Shown here in pieces: positions 27,616-35,432 of a stretch of DNA of 64,000 nucleotides. Made by a program: the position numbers and the translations under genes. This stretch comes from a virus. Lineage: Duplodnaviria; Caudoviricetes. The DNA lies in the IMG/VR virus record IMGVR_UViG_2513237329_000015, positions 1-64,000 of that record; one strand, written 5' to 3'. The number at the start of each line of letters is the position of its first letter. Position 1 is the first letter of the stretch. The notes beneath the pieces were generated by a model, which was not told where the DNA came from, did not search any database, and saw only the letters and a list, made by a program, of their open reading frames with translations.

Positions 27616-28608
27616 ATGTCTAAGCACACTACTCTTGACCAGCTGAAGATGCTGGCCCAGCGCACCAAGGGCGAGATCGATAAGGTCGACTCCAAGGTGG
27701 CAACCCTGTCCGGCCGAGTGGACACGCTGGAAGGCGCGGGCGGCCAGGCCAACGTCCTGGAGGGCGTCAAGGTCAACGGCACCGCCCTGAAAATCGTTGA
27801 CAAGGTCGTCGATATCCTGATCGCCACTGGCGCCGCCAACGGCACTCTGGCGGTGAATGGTATCGACGTGTCTGTCAAGGGTCTGGCTGCCCTGGCCTAC
27901 AAGGCCCAGGTGTCTGAGGCCGACCTGGACTCTGCCCTGACTGCCGTTCTGGCCGCCAAGGCCCCCAAGGCGGATGTGGACACCTTGATCGGCAGCGACG
28001 CCGGCAAGAGTGCCCGCACCATTGCCAATGAGGAGCTGGCCAAGCAGCTGATTCCCGAGGACGCCCAGGAGTCCCTGAACACCCTGGCCGAGATTGCCGC
28101 CTGGATTCAGGAACACCCGGACGACGCTTCCGCCATGAACGCCGCCATCACCAAGCTCAACGAGATCACCGCCGGTATCGGCGGTGAGGAGGACGACTAC
28201 GCCACCGTGATGGCCGCCATCGAGGGCAAGATCACCGCCGCCATGGCCGGCATCGCCCAGGGCGCGACCAAGGTGGAGAAGTCCGAGACCAATGGCAACA
28301 TCAAGATCAACGGCCAGGAGACCGTGGTCTACACCCACCCCGCCGGCTCCGCCGTGGAGGCCGGATTCAAGAAGGTGGGCAGCGACGCCAGCGGCCATGT
28401 GGTGCTGGGCGACAACGTGACCAAGGAGGATATCACCAAGCTGGGCATCCCCGGCCAGGACACCACCTATGAGAAGGCTACTTCCGCAGCCGACGGCCTG
28501 ATGTCCAAGGAGGACAAGAAGAAGCTGGACGGCATGGCTGTGGCTGAGGACACCGAGGTGCAATCCATGCTGGATGAGGTCTTCGGCACCACTGAAGAGG
28601 AGCCTTAA
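27616..28608 (+). CDS. Fibre-like structural protein
   Basis: AAGGAGG RBS; LNTLAEIAAWI, YTHP and ATSAADGLMSKEDKKKLDG motifs common in phage fibres; followed by a terminator. Confidence 0.65.
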   Translation: MSKHTTLDQLKMLAQRTKGEIDKVDSKVATLSGRVDTLEGAGGQANVLEGVKVNGTALKIVDKVVDILIATGAANGTLAVNGIDVSVKGLAALAYKAQVSEADLDSALTAVLAAKAPKADVDTLIGSDAGKSARTIANEELAKQLIPEDAQESLNTLAEIAAWIQEHPDDASAMNAAITKLNEITAGIGGEEDDYATVMAAIEGKITAAMAGIAQGATKVEKSETNGNIKINGQETVVYTHPAGSAVEAGFKKVGSDASGHVVLGDNVTKEDITKLGIPGQDTTYEKATSAADGLMSKEDKKKLDGMAVAEDTEVQSMLDEVFGTTEEEP

Positions 28609-28620
28609 ATGGCTCCGTTA

Positions 28621-28656
28621 AGGGGGATGGGGGCACAGATTCCCGTCCCCCTTTTT
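28621..28656 (+). terminator. Rho-independent terminator
   Basis: AGGGGGATGGG...CCCGTCCCCCT followed by TTTT. Confidence 0.7.
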
Positions 28657-28680
28657 ATATTTCCCGAAAGGAGCTCTCAT

Positions 28681-29070
28681 ATGGCAGAGAAACAACTCAC
28701 CACCATAGAGCAGTTACGGGCACTGGCAGAGCGAGGGAAACAGGACACCCTGATCCGCATCAACGAACTATTGGACTCGATGATCCCTCTGCTGGAAAGC
28801 GCGCAGCATGCCGGCATCACCGTCACTCTGCCGGCCGAGAAGTGGAGCGGCAGAGCTCAAACCGTGCAGGACGAGTTCCTCCTGGCTGACGGAAAATACT
28901 GGTACATTGTGTGCGCCGACGCAGACTGCTTTATGGCGGCAAGCGAGACCGGCGTAAAAGCCGATAACATTACAACGGACGGTCAGGTCACGTTCCGGTG
29001 CGAGGTCACCCCCACGGAGAACCTGACGATTTCTATTTTGCGACTGGAGGTCGAGCAGAGCAATGAGTAA
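28681..29070 (+). CDS. Small fibre adaptor-like phage protein (129 aa)
   Basis: AAGGAG RBS; C-terminal domain resembles the C-terminus of 25734-27041. Confidence 0.65.
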   Translation: MAEKQLTTIEQLRALAERGKQDTLIRINELLDSMIPLLESAQHAGITVTLPAEKWSGRAQTVQDEFLLADGKYWYIVCADADCFMAASETGVKADNITTDGQVTFRCEVTPTENLTISILRLEVEQSNE

Positions 29071-31801
29071 CGCTAACGTCGGCAAGGTTTTCAACATGAC
29101 CGGCGGCAACGGTGGCGGCGGCGCTCTGAAGCTGGAGACCCTGGCAATTACCAAGCAGCCCAACAAGACAATCTATAAGTCCGGGGAGTCCTTTGACCCG
29201 ACCGGCATGGTGGTCACGGCGGGCTATGGGTACGGTCTTACTTCAGACGTGACCGGCTACACCGTTTCGCCTCAGGTTCTGACGGATGGGGTCACGGAGG
29301 TGACCATTACTTACACGGAGGGGCGGATCACCAAGACGGCCAGCGTACCCGTGACAGTGAAGAAGGTGCTGGTGTCCATCGCCATCACGGCAAACCCGAC
29401 AAAGATGACATACCAGTATCTGGAGACCTTTGATCCGGCCGGAATGGTGGTCACAGCCACTTATTCGGACGAATCCTCGGAGGAAGTCTCCGGATACACC
29501 CACTCCCCGGACGCGTTCTCCGCACTGGGGCAGCAGGCAGTGCAGATCCAGTACGCCTACGAGGGCGTGACCAAGACCGCAAGCCTGACGGTGACGGTGA
29601 ACCCCATCGAGGTGGCCGTCCCGGTTCAAAATGGAGTTCTGACCTATGACGGAGAGACCAAGACGCCGGCGTGGACCGGATATGACACCGGAAAGATGAC
29701 CATTTCCGGAGAAACCAATGGCGTCAATGCAGGCACCTATTCCGCCAAGTTTGTTCTGGACTATGGCTATGTATTCCCCGGAGGGCAGAATGAGGCGACC
29801 GTAAGCTGGGTCATCGACCGGGCGGTCATCGCTTCGCCGCCGAAGCAGAGCAATGCGCTGGCGGCCAATGGAAAGCCCCAGTCCCCCACCTGGGACAACT
29901 ATGACACCAGCAAGCTGACCATCGGCGGAGAGCGGTTCGGCACAGAGGCCAAGGACTATACCGCCACCTTTACCCCCACGCCCAACTACAAGTGGTGGGA
30001 CGGCTCCACCGGGGCCAAGGAGGTCATCTGGACCATCACCAGCGTCATCGTACCCATCCCGGTGCAGAAGGGCTCTCCCGTTTATACGGGCGCGCCGCAG
30101 ACGCCAGAGTGGGACAACTTTGACCAGGAGAATTCCTCGGTATCGGTGACACCCCAGACCAACGCGGGCACCCATACCGCCACCTTTACCCTGCTGAAAG
30201 GCATGTGGTCGGACGGCACCACCGGGAAGAAGACGGTAAACTGGACCATTGGCCGGGCCAGCCTGGCGGCGGTGCCAAAGCAGAGCAGCGTGCCGAAGTA
30301 CGACGGCAACCCCAAGACCCCGTCCTGGGACAGCAACTATGACAGCAATAAGATGACTGTTTCGGTGGAGCCCCAAATCAACGCCGGGACGGGATACACC
30401 GCCACCTTTACACCGGACTCCAACCATCAGTGGTGGGACGGCGAAGTGGGCGGCAAGACCGCGACCTGGTCCATCGCCAAGGGCGATCAGGTGGTGACGG
30501 TAAACCCCGCGGCTGTGACCCTGAACACCAGCGCCCGAAGCGCCAAATTCACGGTGACCCGGAAAGGGGACGGTGTGATCTCCGCCATCTCCAACAATCA
30601 GAGTGTGGCTACCGTGAGCAACGTCAATCAGATCACGGGGGAGGTGACGGTGAACAGTGTAAAGGACACCACAGGCACCACCACAATTACCGTCAAGGTG
30701 GCAGAGGGGGGCAACTATCTGGCCGGCGCGGACAAGCAGGTACAGGTCAAGGCTCAGTTCGTCACCATCTACGGCGTGGAGTGGGATTGGACCAGCAGCG
30801 GCTCCACCAAGGGAAAGCGCACGGACGGGGCGACCGGGTTCGGCGACCCCAATCCGGCAGTGAATAATGGCTCCGGCTCCTCTCCATTTGACAACCTGTA
30901 CCCGTGGAGGGACATGACCAAGGTTACCCGGACCGGTGGTGTGATGGTGAAGGAGCCCAAGTATTGGTTCAAGTGGACCAAGACGGGGAAGAAGTTGAAG
31001 CTGCAAATCGCGGACGGCCCTGTTGAGGGGTTCCATGTGGACCCTGTGAATATGGATCGGGGCGATGGCTTGGGCGAGCTGGATCACTCCTACATCGGCC
31101 GGTACCACTGCGGCTCCAACTGGAAATCGGAGACCAATCAGGCGCAGATGGTCAACATCACCCGTTCCATTGCCCGCACCAATATCCACAATCTGGGGAC
31201 GAACATCTGGCAGATGGACTTTGCCCAGTTCTGGTATGTGAATATGCTGTTCCTGGTGGAATTCGCGGACTGGAACGGTGAGCGCATCGGCCTGGGCTGT
31301 TCGGCCAGCGGCTCCAGGGAAAACAACGGAAAGACGGACGCCATGAAATACCACACGGGAACCACGGCGGTCAACCGGAATTCCTATGGGTTCTGCCAGT
31401 ACCGGAATATCGAGGGTTGGTGGGACAACGTGTACGACTGGATGGACGGGTGCTACTACAATGCCAATGGCCTGAATGTCATCAAGAATCCCAATCAGTT
31501 CAGTGACAATGCCAACGGGGTTCTGGTGGGCAAGCCAACCAGCGGCTACCCCAGCGATTTCGCCATCCCGACTCAAAGCGGCCTGGAGTGGGCGCTTTAC
31601 CCCTCCGAATCCTCTGGCAGTACTACAACTTGTGTCCCGGATAGCTGGGATTTCAACGGTAGTAACCCGTGCCTGCGCCATGGCGGTTGCTATAGCCAGG
31701 GCCAGAGTCACGGGCCTTTCTGCGTGTACTTCTACAGCGCGTCGTACTCCTACTCCTTCATCGGCTGTCGCCTCCAGGAGCGCCCGCCGAAGGCGGCGTG
31801 A
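29063..31801 (+). CDS. DGR target: multi-Ig-like-domain receptor-binding/adhesin protein with C-terminal variable (CLec-type) domain
   Basis: Two Ig-like (Big_3-type) repeats (P.K..Y..GE.FDPTGMVVTA.Y), further beta-repeats, C-terminal YRNIEGWWDNVYDWMDG...IGCRLQ containing the VR. Confidence 0.9.
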   Translation: MSNANVGKVFNMTGGNGGGGALKLETLAITKQPNKTIYKSGESFDPTGMVVTAGYGYGLTSDVTGYTVSPQVLTDGVTEVTITYTEGRITKTASVPVTVKKVLVSIAITANPTKMTYQYLETFDPAGMVVTATYSDESSEEVSGYTHSPDAFSALGQQAVQIQYAYEGVTKTASLTVTVNPIEVAVPVQNGVLTYDGETKTPAWTGYDTGKMTISGETNGVNAGTYSAKFVLDYGYVFPGGQNEATVSWVIDRAVIASPPKQSNALAANGKPQSPTWDNYDTSKLTIGGERFGTEAKDYTATFTPTPNYKWWDGSTGAKEVIWTITSVIVPIPVQKGSPVYTGAPQTPEWDNFDQENSSVSVTPQTNAGTHTATFTLLKGMWSDGTTGKKTVNWTIGRASLAAVPKQSSVPKYDGNPKTPSWDSNYDSNKMTVSVEPQINAGTGYTATFTPDSNHQWWDGEVGGKTATWSIAKGDQVVTVNPAAVTLNTSARSAKFTVTRKGDGVISAISNNQSVATVSNVNQITGEVTVNSVKDTTGTTTITVKVAEGGNYLAGADKQVQVKAQFVTIYGVEWDWTSSGSTKGKRTDGATGFGDPNPAVNNGSGSSPFDNLYPWRDMTKVTRTGGVMVKEPKYWFKWTKTGKKLKLQIADGPVEGFHVDPVNMDRGDGLGELDHSYIGRYHCGSNWKSETNQAQMVNITRSIARTNIHNLGTNIWQMDFAQFWYVNMLFLVEFADWNGERIGLGCSASGSRENNGKTDAMKYHTGTTAVNRNSYGFCQYRNIEGWWDNVYDWMDGCYYNANGLNVIKNPNQFSDNANGVLVGKPTSGYPSDFAIPTQSGLEWALYPSESSGSTTTCVPDSWDFNGSNPCLRHGGCYSQGQSHGPFCVYFYSASYSYSFIGCRLQERPPKAA
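31633..31773 (+). repeat. DGR variable repeat (VR)
   Basis: 141-bp ungapped match to 31959-32099; all 18 mismatches lie opposite TR adenines. Confidence 0.97.
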
Positions 31802-31864
31802 CTTATTCCCCTGTAGAGGAGGGGGTTTGGGGTGAGGGGACCGCAGTCCCTTCCCCCAACCTCC
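31784..31864 (+). promoter_or_regulatory. Hairpins downstream of VR (candidate DGR target-recognition cruciform)
   Basis: CCGCC-GAA-GGCGG (31784-31796) and GGGAC-CGCA-GTCCC core (31837-31850) with imperfect G-rich/C-rich extended arms; absent downstream of TR. Confidence 0.6.
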
Positions 31865-31958
31865 GCCTTATAAAAATTCAAAATGGAGCGATTTTGCTCT
31901 AATAAACCGCTTTTCCTTTGGTAAGGGGAAAGCGCGGGGTCAACTTTGCAGCAGACGA

Positions 31959-32099
31959 TGTCCCGGATAACTGGAATTTCAACGGTAGTAACCCGTGCCT
32001 GCACCATGGCGGTAACTATAACCAGAACCAGAATCACGGGCCTTTCTACGTGAACTACAACAACGCGTCGAACTCCAACTCCAACATCGGCTGTCGCCT
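31959..32099 (+). repeat. DGR template repeat (TR)
   Basis: Adenine-bearing copy of VR with 14 AAY codons; lies between target gene and RT. Confidence 0.97.
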
Positions 32100-32320
32100 T
32101 CTTGAAGCAGACGCAGGTCGAAGGACCTGTCGGGTATGGCTAAACCTCCTTTTGGTAGTCAGGGTTCCTCACCCTTTCTATTACGCATCGTTGACCGCGC
32201 AGCACTTGCTGAAGATGAGCCGTCAGGACACAGCTTAGTACACTTCGGGCCGGGTCCCGCCCCGGAACCACCCGCGGCGATGGAACAGTTGTGAGGCTAC
32301 AAGGAGGAACACTATCCCTG

Positions 32321-33496
32321 ATGAAACGAGTTAGAATTTACCAACAAATCATTTCCGATGAAAACCTGCGTCTGGCTATTCAGGATGTCAACCGGGGACA
32401 CCGGCGCAACGGCGACCACAGCTTAAATAAGAAGGTCATGGAAATCGAGGAGCATATCGATGAATATGTGGTAAAACTCCGCAAGTTCATCGAGGACCTG
32501 GTGGCCGGGGACGAGCATATGCATAAACCGCTGCAACGGCGGAAGTGGGACCGGAACGCGGACAGCGGCAAAGGGAAATGGCGGGATATCAACGAGCCGC
32601 TCTTGTGGCCGGACCAGTATGTCCACCATGCGGTGGTGCAGCCCATGATCCCGCACATCAGGCGGAGCATGGACAAGTATTGTATCGCAAGCGTACCAGG
32701 GCGTGGCAACTCTTATGGCGTAAAGGTTTTAAAGAAATGGATGAAGAACGACCCTGTGGGCACCCAATACTGCGCGGAGTGCGATATTCACCATTGCTTT
32801 GTGGAGGTGGACCCGCCGTATGTCATCCACGCGCTGAAACGGCTGTTCAAGGATCGGGAAACGCTCTGGCTATGCGATGCGCTGATGGAGTACGGAGTCC
32901 TGATCGGCGCATTCTTCTCCGCATGGTTCCTGCATTTGCTGCTCCAACCGCTGGATCTGATGATCCACCAAAAGCAATATGGCGTGAGCCACTATCTGCG
33001 GCAGATGGACAACTTCACAATCTTCGGTCCCAATAAACGGAAACTGCGGAAGCTGCTGGAGGACATCAAAGCATGGCTGGGTGAAATCGGCATGAAACTG
33101 AAAGACACCTGGCAGATCTTCCGGGTGGGCTTTACGCCAAAGGTGGCAAAGGCCCACGGGGACTTATCCGAGAAGAAACAGCGGCACCGCCGTCCAAGAA
33201 TTCCGTCGGCATTGGGCTATCGTTTCGGGCATGGGTACACGATCCTCCGAAAGCACAATCTGTTCCGACTCAAGCAAGCGCTGCACACCTACTACCACCG
33301 GCGAGACCGGAACCGGGTCATTTCTTTTAAGCGGGCATCCGGGCTGATCTCAAGACTGGGGCAATTGCGTAAGTGCAACAGTCAGCGAATATTGGAGCGG
33401 TATTACCAGCCGAATACCATGCTCAATCTCAAGAAAGTCGTCCGAAGGGAATGTCGGCGGCTACAACGATTATATCCGCCTTATCGGGCGGCCTGA
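32321..33496 (+). CDS. DGR reverse transcriptase (non-canonical motifs)
   Basis: RT domain order: RDINEP..WPDQYVHHA, ASVPGRG, YCAECDIHHCF, GVLIGAFFSAWF, YLRQMDNF (YxDD position), ALGYRF; adjacent to TR. Confidence 0.92.
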   Translation: MKRVRIYQQIISDENLRLAIQDVNRGHRRNGDHSLNKKVMEIEEHIDEYVVKLRKFIEDLVAGDEHMHKPLQRRKWDRNADSGKGKWRDINEPLLWPDQYVHHAVVQPMIPHIRRSMDKYCIASVPGRGNSYGVKVLKKWMKNDPVGTQYCAECDIHHCFVEVDPPYVIHALKRLFKDRETLWLCDALMEYGVLIGAFFSAWFLHLLLQPLDLMIHQKQYGVSHYLRQMDNFTIFGPNKRKLRKLLEDIKAWLGEIGMKLKDTWQIFRVGFTPKVAKAHGDLSEKKQRHRRPRIPSALGYRFGHGYTILRKHNLFRLKQALHTYYHRRDRNRVISFKRASGLISRLGQLRKCNSQRILERYYQPNTMLNLKKVVRRECRRLQRLYPPYRAA

Positions 33497-33510
33497 AAGG
33501 AGTGGCACCT

Positions 33511-33840
33511 ATGAAAGTACAGGGAATGGTCGATCCGGGGAAGTTCACCGTGGAGCAGATCCCGGGAACCAACCGAAGCCTTGTGCGGCTGTTTCAAAAT
33601 GTAAAACCGGCAGAAACCGAGGAGTTCACCGGATATGAGTACGACGAGTACCACGTGGAGGTGGAAACCTGGGACGGGATTGTCCGGAACGTCCGGGACA
33701 ACTATGAGGAGTTCCTGAAGAAAGGCATGGACAATGAGATCGACCTCAGCAACGAGGCTCTGTATCGTGCTCAGAAAGAGCTGGCGTCCTATGTGGAACT
33801 GGCCAATGCGATTCGGGAAGGAGTGAACGGAGTTGACTGA
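33511..33840 (+). CDS. Hypothetical phage protein (109 aa) directly downstream of the RT
   Basis: AAAGGAG RBS immediately after the RT stop codon; acidic. Confidence 0.75.
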   Translation: MKVQGMVDPGKFTVEQIPGTNRSLVRLFQNVKPAETEEFTGYEYDEYHVEVETWDGIVRNVRDNYEEFLKKGMDNEIDLSNEALYRAQKELASYVELANAIREGVNGVD

Positions 33841-34318
33841 CAAGGATTTTGTGCTGACCACTATGCGGGAATACGGCATGCGCCGGGCCCAGGATTTGCA
33901 GGAGACCTCCGAGGGCATGACGGGCACCGAACTGTACGAGAAAGAGGATTATATTCCAGACTTCTCTGCCGCGGTCGCCAAGAAGAACATGCTGGAGCGC
34001 AAAGCCGGCAAGACGGACGGGTTCCTGTGTCGGTCTTCTGCGGGGCGTATTGTGCGCCTTATCCAAAACTACAACAGCGACACCTACCCCCAGGAGCCGG
34101 AGGAACTGCCCGCCCAGTGGGGGTTCTACTGGTCGGACGATCCTAAGAAGGCCCCCCCCTTCGTCGCCATGTCTACGAGCCCGTACAACACCGGGGATTG
34201 TTGCACCCACAACGGCCATGTGTGGCGATCCGGGCAGGACAACAACGTATGGGAGCCGGGGACGGTCAACGTAAAGTGGACGGATCTTGGCACGATTGAG
34301 GAAGTCATGGGCGATTGA
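33833..34318 (+). CDS. Phage protein with C-terminal CBM5/12-like carbohydrate-binding module
   Basis: YNTGDCCTHNGHVWRS..DNNVWEPG...W pattern. Confidence 0.6.
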   Translation: MTDKDFVLTTMREYGMRRAQDLQETSEGMTGTELYEKEDYIPDFSAAVAKKNMLERKAGKTDGFLCRSSAGRIVRLIQNYNSDTYPQEPEELPAQWGFYWSDDPKKAPPFVAMSTSPYNTGDCCTHNGHVWRSGQDNNVWEPGTVNVKWTDLGTIEEVMGD

Positions 34319-34441
34319 GGTCTGTGTTCGTCTAATATAGGAGGTCGAGCGATGGTCAAAGAAAATTATGCTCTTGGCCCTCAGCATTCACGGCTCAGAC
34401 TACGAAAAGCCGCCTTGGTAAAGGGGTGGTGATCGATCACA

Positions 34442-35059
34442 ATGATTGGCTATATCGAGTATCTGAATGTGCCCGTCGCTTTAGGTCTAGCCATTATTGG
34501 CATATTTCTGGTTATGCAGATCATCGGTGAGGTTTTGGAATTTAAGGGAAAAGTCGTTCCTGAATTCGTCAAAATCCGAAAGTATTTTGCTCGTAAAAAG
34601 CAGGAGCGCCAGACCATGCAGGAAATGTCCACAACCATTCATGATGTGAAAACTATGCTAAGCAGCGTGGAGTCCCATTACAATTCAGACAATATTGCCA
34701 AACGCGATTCCTGGATGAAGTGGGTCAATGATCGGGCAGAGGTGTATGACGAATCCATTAAAGTTCTGAAAGAAGGGCTGGATAAAAACAATGAGATCAC
34801 CATGTCTCTTTACATTGAAAGCAAGCGCAGCTCGATTATAAGTTTTGCATCGTACTGCGTTTGCCCCGATAATCCGGTGACCAGAGAGCAATTCAAGCGA
34901 GTCTTTCGCATCTATGCAGAGTACGAGGAGATTATCCGGGAGAACGGTCTGCAAAACGGTGAGGTAGACATCGCCATCCGTATCATCCAGGAAGCGTATG
35001 AAAATAACTTGAGAAACAGGTCGTTTGTCGAGGATGTACGCGGGTACGGCGGCGAGTAA
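34442..35059 (+). CDS. Phage membrane protein (N-terminal TM helix, coiled coil); holin-like
   Basis: VPVALGLAIIGIFLVMQII TM segment; last prophage-like gene. Confidence 0.6.
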   Translation: MIGYIEYLNVPVALGLAIIGIFLVMQIIGEVLEFKGKVVPEFVKIRKYFARKKQERQTMQEMSTTIHDVKTMLSSVESHYNSDNIAKRDSWMKWVNDRAEVYDESIKVLKEGLDKNNEITMSLYIESKRSSIISFASYCVCPDNPVTREQFKRVFRIYAEYEEIIRENGLQNGEVDIAIRIIQEAYENNLRNRSFVEDVRGYGGE

Positions 35060-35106
35060 AGCTATTTATTTGCTTCTGTGCTTAAAGCGGCAGAACGGTG
35101 TAAAAA

Positions 35107-35148
35107 GAGGTGTAGGAGAGTCGGTTATTACTTGACTACTCCTACACC
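35107..35148. terminator. Hairpin at the end of the phage late operon
   Basis: AGGTGTAGGAG-AGTC...GACT-A-CTCCTACACCT, preceded by an A-run. Confidence 0.6.
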
Positions 35149-35432
35149 TTGACCGTTCGAGCCCTGATATTGCTGGATTTTAAGTTTTTATGATAATTAC
35201 CTATAAGATAAAATCTCAACTTTTATATACAAATTCAAGCCCCTCGTGCAAAGCTATAATATCTAAATATACGCACTTACCTTTCCCTGTCCCCCAATGG
35301 GGATAGAACAGGTCGGATAAACAGTCTCCCCTAAGAAAGAACTTAGAATTGGAGGCGGGCGAAATGCCTTAGTGAAAAGAAGGGTATGAACAGAGTAAGC
35401 GTATTTTGAAGTGCGAAGGGAGCTGGAGATTT

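Larger units (their letters stand above)
1..35150 (+). mobile_element. Prophage (siphovirus-type) structural/lysis region carrying a DGR; left part lies outside the window
   Basis: Co-oriented terminase, portal, protease-capsid, tail tube, tape measure, Dit, Tal, fibre and lysin genes. Ends at a hairpin near 35107-35148 followed by AT-rich DNA. Right boundary is approximate. Confidence 0.93.

Noticed and set aside
31918-32238. 106-aa Asn-rich ORF overlapping TR
   Set aside because: It is the reading frame of the template repeat (AAC-rich copy of VR) with no convincing RBS; TR functions as RNA.
32321-33496. RT as group II intron, retron or Abi RT
   Set aside because: No intron-length flanks, maturase or endonuclease domain; the adjacent A-specific TR/VR pair explains it as a DGR RT.
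33511-33840. Avd accessory protein
   Set aside because: Acidic with a beta-like N-terminal half, unlike the basic four-helix Avd; kept only as a hypothetical.
35150-35170. GTTCGAGCCC as a tRNA T-arm/att remnant
   Set aside because: No cloverleaf or CCA end can be built; too short to support.
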